From Macrostomum lignano (Eukaryota): a stretch of DNA of 64,000 nucleotides. Positions 62,363 through 64,000 of this stretch are shown one piece after another. Both the position numbers and the translations under genes were made by a program. The notes under the pieces were generated by a model, which worked only from the letters and a program-made list of their open reading frames with translations, had not been told where the DNA came from and made no database searches. The DNA lies in assembly GCA_002269645.1 (NCBI GenBank), contig NIVC01000012.1, forward strand, positions 868,001 through 932,000, in the 5' to 3' direction. Each line of letters opens with the position of its first letter. Position 1 is the stretch's first letter.

Positions 62363-63754
62363 TCAAAGACGAAATTTCTGGCTACAATGTAAGGAATTTT
62401 TTTTGTTAGGGATAGCTGTGATCAAATAGTAATGATACAACTGGTATAAAATGAAAATAAACTCAATAACATATTTTTTGGTAACTTACCTTTGACTTGT
62501 AATTACTAACTGAATATAATAGTAACACCAAGGATTCCACAAAGGTTACTGGATTGAAGTCAAGTTTAAAGGGCTAAAAGTCGAAGGTTAAATAAAATGA
62601 GATATACCTGTAAAGCAAGAGAGAGATCTTCTTTTTATGGGCAAAGCAAAGTCAGCGCGGCAAAGGTAGCATGGGCAAAGGTAGAGTAAAGTAAAAGAAA
62701 ATGCCAAAGAGCAAAATATGTACAAGAAAAGGTCAACCAACTGTGCTAGTTGGATTTTTATATGATAAGATTAAGAACAAAAAGAGCCTTGGAAATGGTA
62801 AGGACAGCGGCTGCACATGTATGCTAATGGTAGCTGGTGCTTGGTAGCACAAGGAGTATGTTGACATTTGGAAATTTAGCACAGGGGAATGAAATATTCA
62901 ACACTAGCACTATTGCACTTAGGATGGCTATGTTCAAGTTTAGTATATTTGGACTATACATTTTAGGATTTTATTTTTTCCGAAAGGGTAAGTTTGACAA
63001 GTGTACTGTTTGTATGTACTTTTATAAGTATATATTTCTTTCTCGTTGTCCTTTCAATAAGAGCCTATAGCTACTAAGCTACATGTATTACCACATTCAT
63101 TTTTCACTCATTTCTATAGCAAACTATTCACGCATACGAAAACTGTATATGTAGATTGTAGACATGGTTTGTTTATGGCCCATGCATCAATGCTGTGCAG
63201 CAATATAGCATTGTTGCACCGAAAAAAAGTTATACACTATTACTCTGAAATAATCTCTAAAATGATGTTAAATGTCCAGTTTCCTAAAAAATAGCAATAG
63301 AGGCCTGCATGAATGCACAGCAAGCTCGCCGGTGAGTAAAAACCTCCGTAACTCTGTTGGCCTTCTTTAAGTCCCATAAAAAAGGCGTAGCGCAAAGGGT
63401 AGTCGGGTGAAAATGAATTTAATGAAACAATATGAAACTTTAGTTCATACCATAGACATAAGTATATATATAATTATAGACACTCATATTATTAGCATTG
63501 CTATACTCCCAGCCATGCTTCAGTGCCTCATTAATGCATAGTTTAGCAGTACTGGTTATAATGGATGTATAAAAACAAACAAGTAAATTTTAGAAATTCA
63601 GTTTTTCAACATTCGTGATTCGTAATATCTTGTTTTGCAAAATGTTTTGTAATGTTTTATAATGTCTTGTTTTGTAATATTTCGTGAAAACATTGAAAAT
63701 TAACTTAAAGACAAGCTATATATTTTATAGAAAAAGCTTCTATTAACGAAAAAA

Positions 63755-63830
63755 CTAAGTCGCAAAACTAAGTCGCATTTTTGGTCAAAACTAAGTCGCA
63801 CGGCCAGCGTAATTTCAGAGGTTGCGCATG
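63755..63830. repeat. AAAACTAAGTCGCA x3 cluster; member of a dispersed repeat family
   Basis: Related sequence at 1390-1480 (inverted), 23880, 24.0-24.3 kb, 28528 and 29035. Confidence 0.75.
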
Positions 63831-64000
63831 TAAGCAGCCGGTCCTTCCTTTGCTACAGTTAAATCAGTTGGTTGGGATCTGCCAGCAGGGCCGGCCGGTC
63901 CTTCGGACTGAGGTTGGGGTTTAGAAGGGTCCCCGTCCCTAGAAAAAGCTTAGTTATCCATAAACGGCTCGAAGGCCATGATAAAAGGTTGGTGGGCCAC

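Overview
Eukaryotic (invertebrate) genomic DNA. GC-rich exons in AT-rich, minisatellite-filled introns suggest a flatworm such as Macrostomum; this is inference only. The first ~19 kb hold two convergent host genes that I assembled by hand from splice sites: an EDEM2-like GH47 mannosidase (+) and an 8-exon NPDC1/cab-1-like membrane protein (-, 334 aa, one GC-AG intron). Most of their longer introns carry a tandem array. The rest (~20-64 kb) is nested mobile DNA. (1) A 9.3-kb DNA transposon (30884-40192; 14-bp TIR CCCTATTGGAATAA, 8-bp TSD AATGTTGG) encodes an intact 4-exon, 1248-aa hAT-like transposase. It splits an older hAT pseudogene and itself carries a CMC-type non-autonomous element. (2) Two decayed Polinton/adintovirus blocks lie at 41.0-45.7 kb and 50.1-56.0 kb. 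(3) An internally deleted LOA/R1-like non-LTR element lies at 56.4-58.3 kb. (4) A pseudogenised hAT transposase at 58.3-62.4 kb has a signal peptide plus a lamin-tail-like domain at its N-terminus, and three more fragments of this family occur in the window. Family names rest on recalled motifs; no database search was run. Most long ORFs in the supplied track are artefacts of tandem repeats.
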